Part shown: positions 46,667-57,273 of the stretch, one piece after another
How positions within the stretch are numbered: the stretch's first letter is position 1
Layout of the letters: each line of letters starts with the position of its first letter
Assembly (NCBI GenBank): GCA_049519415.1
Contig: JBEKQU010000007.1
Location: 24,061 to 88,060 of the forward strand
Direction of reading: 5' to 3'
Origin: Spirochaetia bacterium
Lineage (GTDB): Bacteria > Spirochaetota > Spirochaetia > SZUA-6 > Fen-1364
Length of the DNA: 64,000 bases
Notes under the pieces: model-generated
Told to the model about the DNA's origin: nothing
Databases searched by the model: none
The model's input: the letters and a program-made list of their open reading frames with translations, nothing else
Made by a program: the position numbers and the translations under genes

Positions 46667-48391
46667 TCATGCAAACAGGTCTTCGGCAAGCTCACACAGG
46701 TGAGATTCTACGCGTGTGTGGTACTCGCGGTAAAACCCCTCGGCCAGGGTATAGAACATCTCCCTGTTGATGAATCGGCCCGACGCGTCGCGCCGACCGG
46801 GGAATGCGAAGAAGTACTGGCGGAAAACCTCGTGCGACGGCGAGGGGGACGGTTTTTCCAAGGATGCATATTCGGAAAGGCACTGGGCGGCAAGCGGTGA
46901 GCCGTTTTCCGCCTCGACCCGCGCATAGTCGAACGCGTCCGTCCACCAGCGAAGGAAGATATCGGGATAATAATCCCGGACCGCCTCCGCGAAGATGAAG
47001 TGCAGATGGGGAGAGATCTTATAATGCAGTTTTCCTTTTGTTGCGCGGCGTATGGCGCGGCGCGCGCCTCTGGAAAGGTCATCAGCGGAGTGGATGTCCA
47101 GCAGGGAGCCCGTTTCCTCGGCGATGTGGTACAGGGACTCCACCCGCGCCTGCAGCCCGGGGAATCCGTCCGCCAGCCTGTAGTCGAATCCTTTTTCAAC
47201 GCCGAAGTTCGGGGCGATATGCGTGACGGGCAGCCCGCGGCGGGCCAGCTCTCTGGCAACGAAGACCACTTCCTCTTCCTCGCTGATGCAGCTGGGGCCC
47301 GGGATCTCCGGAGGATGTTCGTCGAAGGAGAACTCCAGGTCGAAGGGGATTCCCTCACGCAGGGCTGAGATGCGCTGGACCAGCGCCGAAACAGATTCCA
47401 GGGAGCGCCAGTACTTTCCAACGCAACGGCCCACGATATCGCTGTCGAGCAGGTACCGGCGTGCTCCAATCTGGACCGGCTCCCGATGATACAAGAGGAT
47501 GTCGCGGCGTTCCTTTTCACCCGTTACCGTCTGGCCGAGGATCAGCTCCCCCTCGCCCCTGCGTCCCATTGATGAAAAAGAGAGAACGTCGGCAACGTCC
47601 ATGGTGAAGAAGGTGTAATAGCGGGCTGCCTCGACTACGCGCGCGGCATTCTGGAGACCGGTATCCGCGCGCTTCACCTGGATGTGGTCTGCGTCCGCTC
47701 CGTAGACAAGGGGCTTCCCGTGCCGGAGGGCCGCCAGCACTCCGGCAACCCATAGCCCTTCGAAGGTGCTTCCCGTGTAGCCGCTTTCAATCATGCCAAA
47801 GCCGCTGGCATAGTTGCGCACGGGTTCCCTGCCGCTTTTCAGGTCTTCGAGAAGATTGAGCTCGCGGACGGAGTTCTGAATGGCGTTTGCGGGAAACCCT
47901 GCGCGGTCCATTGCCGCGAATATTCCCGGCCATACCCGGGTGGTCAGACGCGTGCCGATCCCGAGCCGTGGAACCCGGCCGAGCGCTCGCGGTGCGTTTT
48001 TCGGTTTTAACAGGCGACAGAACCTGTCGATGATTCCGGCGTCCGTCGGATATGACGCAAGCATCCTGCCGCCTTCCAGCGAGGTCTTGAAGAACGGTTC
48101 ACCCAGCAACGACTCACTGTCAGGGTTCCCCGTCTGAATAAAGACCATCTGCCCGTCTTTCAACTCGGCGAGGAAATATGCCTGTGCCCCGCGTTTGACG
48201 ATCGAGCTCACCGCGGGTCCGCGATCCTCATGAATCCCGGGAGTGGTCCCGGAAAACGCGCTGTCGTGCGCCAAGGACCAGTCCTTCTGGCCCTCGATAA
48301 TGGCCCGGCGGGCTGCTCCCACGTCCCATGTCGCCGTGTCGAGCACGGCAGGGCTTATGGCGGGATTAATGTCGAGCTTCCCGAAAACCAT
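46667..48391 (-). CDS. Putative tagaturonate/fructuronate epimerase (UxaE-like). Tentative call.
   Basis: Segments LPVTHIAPNFGVEKG and IHSADDLS...LHYKISPHLHFIFAEA resemble the UxaE pattern (APNF... / FHSGSDK...HVKTAG..). GGAGGAG RBS precedes the ATG at 48391. The first 22 aa of the ORF track are read-through. Confidence 0.4.
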   Translation of the reverse strand: MVFGKLDINPAISPAVLDTATWDVGAARRAIIEGQKDWSLAHDSAFSGTTPGIHEDRGPAVSSIVKRGAQAYFLAELKDGQMVFIQTGNPDSESLLGEPFFKTSLEGGRMLASYPTDAGIIDRFCRLLKPKNAPRALGRVPRLGIGTRLTTRVWPGIFAAMDRAGFPANAIQNSVRELNLLEDLKSGREPVRNYASGFGMIESGYTGSTFEGLWVAGVLAALRHGKPLVYGADADHIQVKRADTGLQNAARVVEAARYYTFFTMDVADVLSFSSMGRRGEGELILGQTVTGEKERRDILLYHREPVQIGARRYLLDSDIVGRCVGKYWRSLESVSALVQRISALREGIPFDLEFSFDEHPPEIPGPSCISEEEEVVFVARELARRGLPVTHIAPNFGVEKGFDYRLADGFPGLQARVESLYHIAEETGSLLDIHSADDLSRGARRAIRRATKGKLHYKISPHLHFIFAEAVRDYYPDIFLRWWTDAFDYARVEAENGSPLAAQCLSEYASLEKPSPSPSHEVFRQYFFAFPGRRDASGRFINREMFYTLAEGFYREYHTRVESHLCELAEDLFA

Positions 48392-48452
48392 TTCTGCTCC
48401 TCCGGCACATCCTACGAACAAATGGCTCGCCCTGAGGAGCGGGCGGACCAGC

Positions 48453-48480
48453 AACACTCTTTAGAAATGTCCCTGTGGCC
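48453..48480. repeat. 26-nt motif, copy B: ACACTCTTTAGAAATGTCCCTGTGGCCCGG. Overlaps the TAA stop of the GH63-like gene and sits 69 nt upstream of the UxaE-like start.
   Basis: Compare 28718..28745. On the minus strand it is followed 37 nt later by TTCGTAGG and then the RBS. Confidence 0.5.
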
Positions 48481-50452
48481 CGGCTGCGCGAGGCCCTGGG
48501 GCTCTCCTGCCCGCGCTTTCAGGGCCGTGCTCTGTATCCTCCATGTACCCCGCCTCCATGAGGGAGATCAGTCCCAAAAGGCCGCTCCACGTGTAGAGCT
48601 TTTCGCTCTCCGTCTTGTCATCGCAGCCGATGCCCAGCTCCGCATTGTAGTTCTCATGCACGTGTCGCTTCTCGCGCCACTCTTTCAGAAGAAGATTTTT
48701 CGATTTCTCCGCCAGGTCCTGCTGTGCCTTCTTCATCCCGTACCTTCTCAGTCCGAGGTAGGTATGGAAATTCATCGGCGCCCAGATCCTGCCCCGCCAG
48801 TAGTACTGATCCTTGTAACCGGGATCATTTCGCGGGGAGCTGGGGAGGATCCATTCACCCCAGAATTCCTCTGGATTGTAAAAATGGTCGTTCACCATTC
48901 GCTCGGCCTGTTTTTTTGTTGCCACGCCGGCGAGCATCGGGTAAAAGTTCGAAGGCGAGATTCGATAGCTTGCCTTGCCCGTGTCGGTGTGCCGATTGAG
49001 GAAGATGCCGGTCTTTTCATCCCAGAGCGTCCTGAGGCTTTTCGCGCAAGATTCAGAACGAGCGCGGAGCTCAGCCGCCTCGGCTCCCTTTCCCAGGACA
49101 AGGGCGATCTCCGTCAGCGCATCACAATCCGCGATATAGAGGCTGGTATGGCCGACATCGGCCAGCTCCATCATGCCCTTTTCCTTGTTGAAGACAACGT
49201 CGTCCCACATGGTCGAATTGTCAATGCCCGATTCGCGGTCCGCGGAGAACTTGTCATTCACGCCGTTCAACTCGAAGTAATGGTCGTACACGACCTGAAT
49301 TGGGTTCGAACCCCACGCCAGGAGACCCTCCGCGATCATGCGTTTTTTCGCGCGCCATCGGTTCCAGTCCAGCAGGTCGGCGAACACTTCCTCCAGGAGC
49401 CATGCATCGCCGAATCGGTGGTAGAAATCCCGGATCATTGTCGAGCCCAGGGGGGGCGCCGACATGTACATTGTGCAGAAACCTATCCCTGTCGCCGCAA
49501 AGGGGACGAAACCCTCCGTGGTCTTTTCCTTGATCATCCCGATGATGTTGGCATAGGCCAGGTCCTTGTTGTCGAGTGACGCAAGGTAGGCATGGTAGAA
49601 GAGATCCTGCGCAGCGAGGTAGCCGCCGAAGTTCCGGTCAATGTCCCACGTTCTATTGATCGTGGTCAGCACCCGGTCTTTTTTCGGCTCGTAGAGCGTG
49701 GCCCAGGCAAGGCAGCTCTGCATTGCGTCATACACTTCGCGCAGGTCGCCGTATTTGTCCTTGCGGTCATTATGCTCCTGCTTTTTGCGGGCAATGACGG
49801 ATGTGATCTCCTGCACGCTCATTTTCCTGCCTGTCGATATCCCGATTTCTTCATCCAATCTCAGGGAGGCGTACGGCGTCTGGCATGCGACATAGGGGTC
49901 AGGCGTCCAGGCCTTGGTGGTGAACACCTTTACTTCTCGTTGGGGAAGCCTGGCCGTTATGACCTCCCCCTCGGCCGCAATGCTCCCCGCGCGATTCCAG
50001 AGGATTCCGCTCTCGATGACCAGGGTTGCGGGATACCTTTGGTTTCTGATCGGAGTGACCAGCACGACAAGCTCGTCCTTCACGGTGGCGGTTTGGACGT
50101 TGATTTCCATGGCGCGCCAGCAGAGCTTCAGTTCCGTGAAGCTTCCATCATACGCGTGAGCCAGCGGCGTTACCTCTTCGACGAGCTCTCCACCGCGATA
50201 CAATAGATTGGGATCGACAGGAGGCTGGTACCGCCCGATCAGGGTTTCCTTCAGGTATCTGCCGGCCGTATATTCTTTCAGGCAGATATTGAGCGCGAAA
50301 CCTTCAGGCATGAGCACGTGGGACAACACGCTTCGCACATTCCAGGTGTTCCAGCCTTTTGCCAGCCCTTCGAGCATGTCCCTGTATTCTTCCATAACGA
50401 GCATTCTCCCGCCAGAAACTGCAGTTTCCCTCAATGACAAGATGGATTTCAA
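48461..50452 (-). CDS. Glycoside hydrolase family 63-like six-hairpin enzyme (processing alpha-glucosidase / mannosylglycerate-hydrolase-like)
   Basis: 663 aa. The C-terminal (alpha/alpha)6 region carries YYWRGRIWAPMNFHTYLGL, resembling the GH63/GH37 W-R-G-P-I-W signature. N-terminal beta-domain. Lower GC than neighbouring genes. Confidence 0.5.
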   Translation of the reverse strand: MKSILSLRETAVSGGRMLVMEEYRDMLEGLAKGWNTWNVRSVLSHVLMPEGFALNICLKEYTAGRYLKETLIGRYQPPVDPNLLYRGGELVEEVTPLAHAYDGSFTELKLCWRAMEINVQTATVKDELVVLVTPIRNQRYPATLVIESGILWNRAGSIAAEGEVITARLPQREVKVFTTKAWTPDPYVACQTPYASLRLDEEIGISTGRKMSVQEITSVIARKKQEHNDRKDKYGDLREVYDAMQSCLAWATLYEPKKDRVLTTINRTWDIDRNFGGYLAAQDLFYHAYLASLDNKDLAYANIIGMIKEKTTEGFVPFAATGIGFCTMYMSAPPLGSTMIRDFYHRFGDAWLLEEVFADLLDWNRWRAKKRMIAEGLLAWGSNPIQVVYDHYFELNGVNDKFSADRESGIDNSTMWDDVVFNKEKGMMELADVGHTSLYIADCDALTEIALVLGKGAEAAELRARSESCAKSLRTLWDEKTGIFLNRHTDTGKASYRISPSNFYPMLAGVATKKQAERMVNDHFYNPEEFWGEWILPSSPRNDPGYKDQYYWRGRIWAPMNFHTYLGLRRYGMKKAQQDLAEKSKNLLLKEWREKRHVHENYNAELGIGCDDKTESEKLYTWSGLLGLISLMEAGYMEDTEHGPESAGRRAPGPRAAGPQGHF

Positions 50453-50510
50453 CCCGTTCGCGCTCCGGCAGCGCGGGGGCTCTCGGGTGTGGATGCGCGC
50501 GGGTGCGCCC

Positions 50511-50801
50511 TCAGAGTGAGACGTTGGAGCGGTTTATTTCATAGTGGCTCCAGACCTGCCGCGGCTTTCCCCCGTTGATCAGGATGAGCTGGGGCGTCTC
50601 ATGCGCGATGCCGTAGGTTTCCGCGACCCAATTGGACAGGTCGCGCTGCTCCCGCACATTGATCCAGTAGATGGGCAGCGCGGTCTTCATGGCTTTCACC
50701 TCCTGACTGGCGGAGGCGGATATCGGGCACGCGGTGGAATGCTTGAAGACCAGGCAGTCCTCGGGCAGCTTTTTTTCGCTCATCGGCACAATCGCGCTCA
50801 T
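50511..50801 (-). CDS. YtxJ-like monothiol thioredoxin-fold protein (DUF2847, bacillithiol-system-type)
   Basis: FKHSTACPIS motif (T-C-P-I-S active site of YtxJ). Start chosen at MSAIVPMSEKK. Confidence 0.6.
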   Translation of the reverse strand: MSAIVPMSEKKLPEDCLVFKHSTACPISASASQEVKAMKTALPIYWINVREQRDLSNWVAETYGIAHETPQLILINGGKPRQVWSHYEINRSNVSL

Positions 50802-50915
50802 GTCATATCCTCGGGGACTCACGATACCTTTCGATCCCGCGCACAGTCAAGCGTGGGGGCCTGATTTTTGATTGACGCGCGGCGCTCATTTATTTATCCT
50901 AGTCAAGGAATATCC

Positions 50916-51092
50916 ATGAAGCAGGTCACCATTCGCCTCGAGCTCCGCGTATCGGAGGAAATGAACGAGTTCCTCCAGATGGAAGCCCAGTCACGGAAGC
51001 TGAGCTTCGAGGGGCTCATGCTCATGTACATCGATGAGCGGATGAAGAAGGATCGGCAGGACAAGCTTCACGCGGGCCCGGGCCGGGCCTGA
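50916..51092 (+). CDS. Small ribbon-helix-helix-like protein (58 aa), candidate regulator or antitoxin-like
   Basis: [45 protein letters not shown] is a beta-strand then two helices, typical of a CopG/Arc fold. AAGGA RBS. Sits immediately upstream of the hut operon. Confidence 0.4.
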   Translation: MKQVTIRLELRVSEEMNEFLQMEAQSRKLSFEGLMLMYIDERMKKDRQDKLHAGPGRA

Positions 51093-51199
51093 GCCCGCTT
51101 GCTCCCTTTGCCTTCTGCCGCGGCATTTTCCCCATCCTTTCACGTGAGCTCGCGCCCACGACGGTTTTCAGGTTATACTGTCAACGGGGGGAGGCGTGC

Positions 51200-52926
<1,727 letters not shown>

Positions 52927-52930
<4 letters not shown>

Positions 52931-53841
52931 GCCGGAAGCTCGTCGAGTGCGTGCCTAACTACAGCGAGGGCAGAAGAGAGCGGGTCATGGACGCCATTGT
53001 GGCGCCGTTCCGCGACAGGCCGGGCGTTCACCTGCTCGATCATCGCGCCGATCCCGACCACAACAGGCTCGTGGTGAGCCTCGTGGGCGAGCCGGAGCCG
53101 ATCCAGGAATCGCTTCTGGAATCAGCCCGGACCGCGGTCGACGCAATCGATCTCCGGGTCCATACCGGCGCTCATCCACGGATCGGGGCCGTGGATGTGA
53201 TACCGTTCGTCCCGGTCCGGGGCATCACGATGGACGAATGTGTTTCGCTGGCGCGCGGGTTCGCCGAACGCTATGCCCGGGCCACTGGAGTACCCGTGTA
53301 TCTCTACGAGCATGCGGCATTGCGGCCGGAGCGGCGGAAACTGGAAAATGTCAGAAGGGGGCAGTTCGAAGCCCTTGTCAGAGAGATCGCGAACCCCGAA
53401 AGGACACCGGACTTCGGGGCGCCCGTGATCCACCCCAGCGCCGGCGCAACGGCCATCGGCGCCCGGCCCTTCCTGATCGCCTTTAACATCAACCTGCAGA
53501 GCAGTGACATCAATGCGGCGCGTGACATCGCCAGAGCAATCCGCGCCTCCGGCGGCGGTCTCTCCCATGTCAAGGCCATGGGCATCGAGCTGGCCGAGCG
53601 CGGCATGGTGCAGGTGAGCATCAATGTCACGGAGTATCGCGTCAATCCCCTTCATGAGGTTCTTGAGAGGGCGCGCGCCGAGGCTTCGCGCAGGGGCATC
53701 CTGGTCGCGGAGACCGAGATCTACGGCCTGGTGCCGGCCGAGGCATTGGTCGCGACAGCGGAGCATGCCCTGCAGCTGGCAGGATTCAATGCATCCCAGG
53801 TGCTCGACCTGCGGCTGCTCGACTTGATGGAGAAGGCATAG
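52927..53841 (+). CDS. ftcD: Glutamate formimidoyltransferase (FtcD formiminotransferase domain as a stand-alone protein)
   Basis: [19 protein letters not shown]-terminus is canonical for the formiminotransferase domain. ATGA overlap with hutU. Confidence 0.85.
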
Positions 53842-53842
53842 G

Positions 53843-55135
53843 ATGCCTCTGGCGCTTTTCCGCAACGCCCGGATCGCCACGCCGGTGGACAGCGGTCACC
53901 CGGCAGCCGGGCCCGCCCAGGGGAGATTGGCGCGGTGGGACAGGGGCGCGCTTCTTTGCCGGGACGGCGGAATCGTTGCCGTGGGAGACGAGACCGGGGT
54001 GCTCGGCGCCTTGGACCCGGCAGCCAGGCGCGACGTGCGGATCGAAATCGACTGCGGCGGCAGGTGCATGATTCCGGGCTTTGTGGATCCTCACACGCAC
54101 CTTTGTTTTCTTTCGCCCCGGGAGCGTGAGTTTCTTTCCCGGCTGGACGGCGCGGACTATCTATCGATCCTTGAAAAGGGCGGGGGAATCCTCTCTTCCG
54201 TCGAATCGGTTCGATCCTGCTCAGAGGAAGAGCTATTCGGCGCCACACGGAACCGGGCGCTTTCCGCGCTTCATCTCGGGACGACGACCGTCGAGATCAA
54301 GAGCGGATACGGGCTTTCCCTGGAATCGGAGTTGAAGCAGCTGCGCGTCATTGCCAGGCTGGGTCGTGAGACCCCGATCTCCGTCGTTCCGACATTCATG
54401 GCCGCCCACGCGGTACCGCCGGAGTTTGCGGGCCGGGCGGAGGAATATGTCGAGTTCATTGCGGCGGAAATGCTGCCCCGGGTGGCGGCCTCGGGCATGG
54501 CACGGTTCTGCGATGTCTTCTGCGAGCAAGGGGCCTTCAGCCCCGAGCAGGCGCGCCGCATTCTGGAGGCCGCGCGCGCGGCAGGCCTTGGGCTCAAGCT
54601 GCATGCCGACGAGCTTCACGACATGAGCGCGGCCGGCCTAGCGGCCCAAATGGGCGCGATCTCCGCGGACCATCTTCTTGCAGCTTCGGACCGGGGCCTG
54701 CGCGCCATGGCGGAGGCAGGGGTGATCGCCGTGCTCCTCCCACTGACCGCGTTCAGCATGCGCAGGCCATATGCCCGGGCCCGCGCCATGATCGAGATGG
54801 GCCTTGCCGTCGCGATCGCCACGGACTGCAACCCGGGCTCCTCCTGCATCGAGTCCATGCCTTTCTGCTTTGGGATTTCCGTTGTGCAGATGGGAATGTC
54901 CGTGCCCGAGGCGCTCACCGCATCGACGCTGAACGCGGCATACGCCTTGGGAATCGGAGCCGCCGCCGGGAGCATCACGCCGGGCAAAAGCGCGGACTTC
55001 CTCCTTCTGGAGGGGGAGACTCCCGGAATCCTCGCCTTTAGAACCGGGGCCCCCGTTGTGACGGATGTGTACAAGGCCGGGAAAAGAGTGTGGCGTTCGG
55101 CTGCTGAGGAGGCCGCGCCTCGGGAGGTTCCGTGA
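53843..55135 (+). CDS. hutI: Imidazolonepropionase
   Basis: Amidohydrolase metal-binding motif IPGFVDPHTHL. 430 aa. Confidence 0.9.
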   Translation: MPLALFRNARIATPVDSGHPAAGPAQGRLARWDRGALLCRDGGIVAVGDETGVLGALDPAARRDVRIEIDCGGRCMIPGFVDPHTHLCFLSPREREFLSRLDGADYLSILEKGGGILSSVESVRSCSEEELFGATRNRALSALHLGTTTVEIKSGYGLSLESELKQLRVIARLGRETPISVVPTFMAAHAVPPEFAGRAEEYVEFIAAEMLPRVAASGMARFCDVFCEQGAFSPEQARRILEAARAAGLGLKLHADELHDMSAAGLAAQMGAISADHLLAASDRGLRAMAEAGVIAVLLPLTAFSMRRPYARARAMIEMGLAVAIATDCNPGSSCIESMPFCFGISVVQMGMSVPEALTASTLNAAYALGIGAAAGSITPGKSADFLLLEGETPGILAFRTGAPVVTDVYKAGKRVWRSAAEEAAPREVP

Positions 55136-55746
55136 AGCTCATCGAACGGTCCGTCGAAAGCTTGCTGGGGGAGCTTGCATCCGTTTCTCCGGCTCCCGGC
55201 GGAGGAAGCGCCGCGGCACTGGCCGGCGCCATGGCCGCGTCCCTGTGCTGCATGGTCTGCCGGGTCACGCTCGGCAAGAAGAGCCTGGCGGATTCGTGGC
55301 CGGAGATGAAGGAAGCGCTGGAGAACGCGGAGCTGCTCGGCGCAAGGCTTCGGCGGCTCGTTGACGAGGATGCCGACGCCTTCACGGCTGTCGTTGCCGC
55401 CCGGAAGCTGCCTCAAGAAGACGCCCAGGACGCGATCGTTCATTCCGCGCGCGTGCCGCTGGAAACGCTGGAGACGCTGGCGCGGTTGGCCGGGATCGTG
55501 GAGCGCGTTGCGCGCAAAGGAAATCCCTCCTGCGTCACCGACGCCGGCTCAGCCGGAGCGATGGTGCGGGCGGGCGCGCTCTCAGCCGCGTACAATGTGC
55601 GCGTGAATCTGCCCGACATCTCCGACGAGTCGCTCAGGCGTTCTATCGCGGCTGGCGCGCTCGCCGCGCTCGCCGCGGTGGAGGAGGCGGCAGGCGGGGT
55701 GGAGCACGCGCTCGAGCAAAGCCTGGGGAAATGGAGCACGGTATGA
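55132..55746 (+). CDS. Formimidoyltetrahydrofolate cyclodeaminase (FtcD cyclodeaminase domain as a stand-alone protein)
   Basis: 204 aa. MKLIERSVESLLGELASVSPAPGGGSAAALAGAMAASLCCMV is the typical cyclodeaminase N-terminus. GTGA overlap with hutI. Confidence 0.8.
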   Translation: MKLIERSVESLLGELASVSPAPGGGSAAALAGAMAASLCCMVCRVTLGKKSLADSWPEMKEALENAELLGARLRRLVDEDADAFTAVVAARKLPQEDAQDAIVHSARVPLETLETLARLAGIVERVARKGNPSCVTDAGSAGAMVRAGALSAAYNVRVNLPDISDESLRRSIAAGALAALAAVEEAAGGVEHALEQSLGKWSTV

Positions 55747-57272
55747 CGGAATGCGTGATCGGCGACGGTCCCCTCTCCATTGATGCCCTTGGGGCCATTG
55801 CGCGCGGAGGGGCGAAGGTGGAGCTTTCGCCCGGCGCGCGGCAGCGCGTCATCGATGCGCGGCGTCTTGTTGAAAAATGGGTGCGCGAGGGCCGGGCCGT
55901 CTACGGCGTAACCACCGGCTTCGGCGCCCTGTGCGACGTGGCCATCGCCCAGGAGCAGACCAGGCCGCTTCAGGAGAACATCCTCATGAGCCACGCGGCC
56001 GGCGTCGGGGATCCCTTTCCCGCCGACATCGTGCGCGCCATCATGGCGGTGCGCATCCAGGACCTGTCCAAGGGGCGGGCGGGGCTGCGGCTGCAGACCC
56101 TCCAGGCGCTCGTGGATCTGCTGAACTCGGGCGTTGTCCCGGTGGTGCCGGAGAAGGGTTCCGTCGGCGCGAGCGGCGACCTGGCGCCCATGGCCCACCT
56201 GGCGCTGGTGCTCATTGCAAAAGGTGATGCCTTCTATCGCGGCCAGAGGATGCCCGGCGGGGAGGCGCTCGCCGCCGCGGGCCTCTCGCCGGTCCACCTG
56301 GAAGCGGGCGAGGGGCTGGCGCTCATCAACGGCACGCAGGTCATGGCCGCGATCACGGCCCTTGCCGTGCTCGACGCGGAGCGTCTTGCGCGCACCGCGG
56401 ACATTGCCTGCTCCATCAGCCTTGAAGTGCTCATGGGCACCAACGTGCAGTTCGATCCCCGGATCCATCGCGCCCGTCCCCATCCCGGCCAGATTGCCGC
56501 GGCCGACAACATGTACCGCATCACCAGGGACAGCGCCATCATGTCGTCGCACAAGGAGTGCGGCAGGATCCAGGACGCCTACACCCTGCGCTGCTCCCCG
56601 CAGGTGCATGGGGCCAGCCGCGACGCGGCCAGCCACGTGAAGCGCGTGGTGGAGATCGAGCTGGATTCCGCCACCACCAACCCGCTCATCTTCCCCGAGA
56701 CCGGCGAGTTCCTTCTGGGGGGCAACTTCCACGGACAGCCGCTCGCTCTTGCAGCCGACTACCTCTGCATGGCCGCGGCCGAGCTGGCCAACATCTCGGA
56801 GCGCAGGATCGAGCGCCTGGTCAATCCGCAGCTCAGCGGACTTCCCGCTTTCCTCGTGAACGATTCGGGCCTGAACTCGGGGTTCATGATTGCCCAGTAC
56901 ACCGCCGCGGCCCTCGTGTCGGAAAACAAGGTCCTGGCTCATCCCGCCTGCGTGGACTCCATTCCCACGTCGGCGAACAAGGAGGACCATGTCAGCATGG
57001 GCGCCATATCGGCGCGCAAGTGCCGCAGCATCATCTCCAATGCGGAGGCGGTGATCGCAATCGAGCTTCTCTGCGGGTGCCAGGCCGTGGACCTCCTGAC
57101 AAAGGGAAGGCCGGGGCGCGGCACCGAGGCGGCGTACAAAACATGCCGGCATACAATTCCCGTTCTGGATCGCGATCGCGAGCTGCATCGGGATATCGAG
57201 GCCATGACCGCGCTGGTGAGGTCGGGCGACATCGTGCGCAGCGTGGAGGAAGCGGTCGGCGCGCTGGGCTAG
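55743..57272 (+). CDS. hutH: Histidine ammonia-lyase
   Basis: MIO-forming Ala-Ser-Gly triad (GSVGASGDLAPMAHLA). ATGA overlap with the upstream gene. Confidence 0.9.
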   Translation: MTECVIGDGPLSIDALGAIARGGAKVELSPGARQRVIDARRLVEKWVREGRAVYGVTTGFGALCDVAIAQEQTRPLQENILMSHAAGVGDPFPADIVRAIMAVRIQDLSKGRAGLRLQTLQALVDLLNSGVVPVVPEKGSVGASGDLAPMAHLALVLIAKGDAFYRGQRMPGGEALAAAGLSPVHLEAGEGLALINGTQVMAAITALAVLDAERLARTADIACSISLEVLMGTNVQFDPRIHRARPHPGQIAAADNMYRITRDSAIMSSHKECGRIQDAYTLRCSPQVHGASRDAASHVKRVVEIELDSATTNPLIFPETGEFLLGGNFHGQPLALAADYLCMAAAELANISERRIERLVNPQLSGLPAFLVNDSGLNSGFMIAQYTAAALVSENKVLAHPACVDSIPTSANKEDHVSMGAISARKCRSIISNAEAVIAIELLCGCQAVDLLTKGRPGRGTEAAYKTCRHTIPVLDRDRELHRDIEAMTALVRSGDIVRSVEEAVGALG

Positions 57273-57273
57273 C

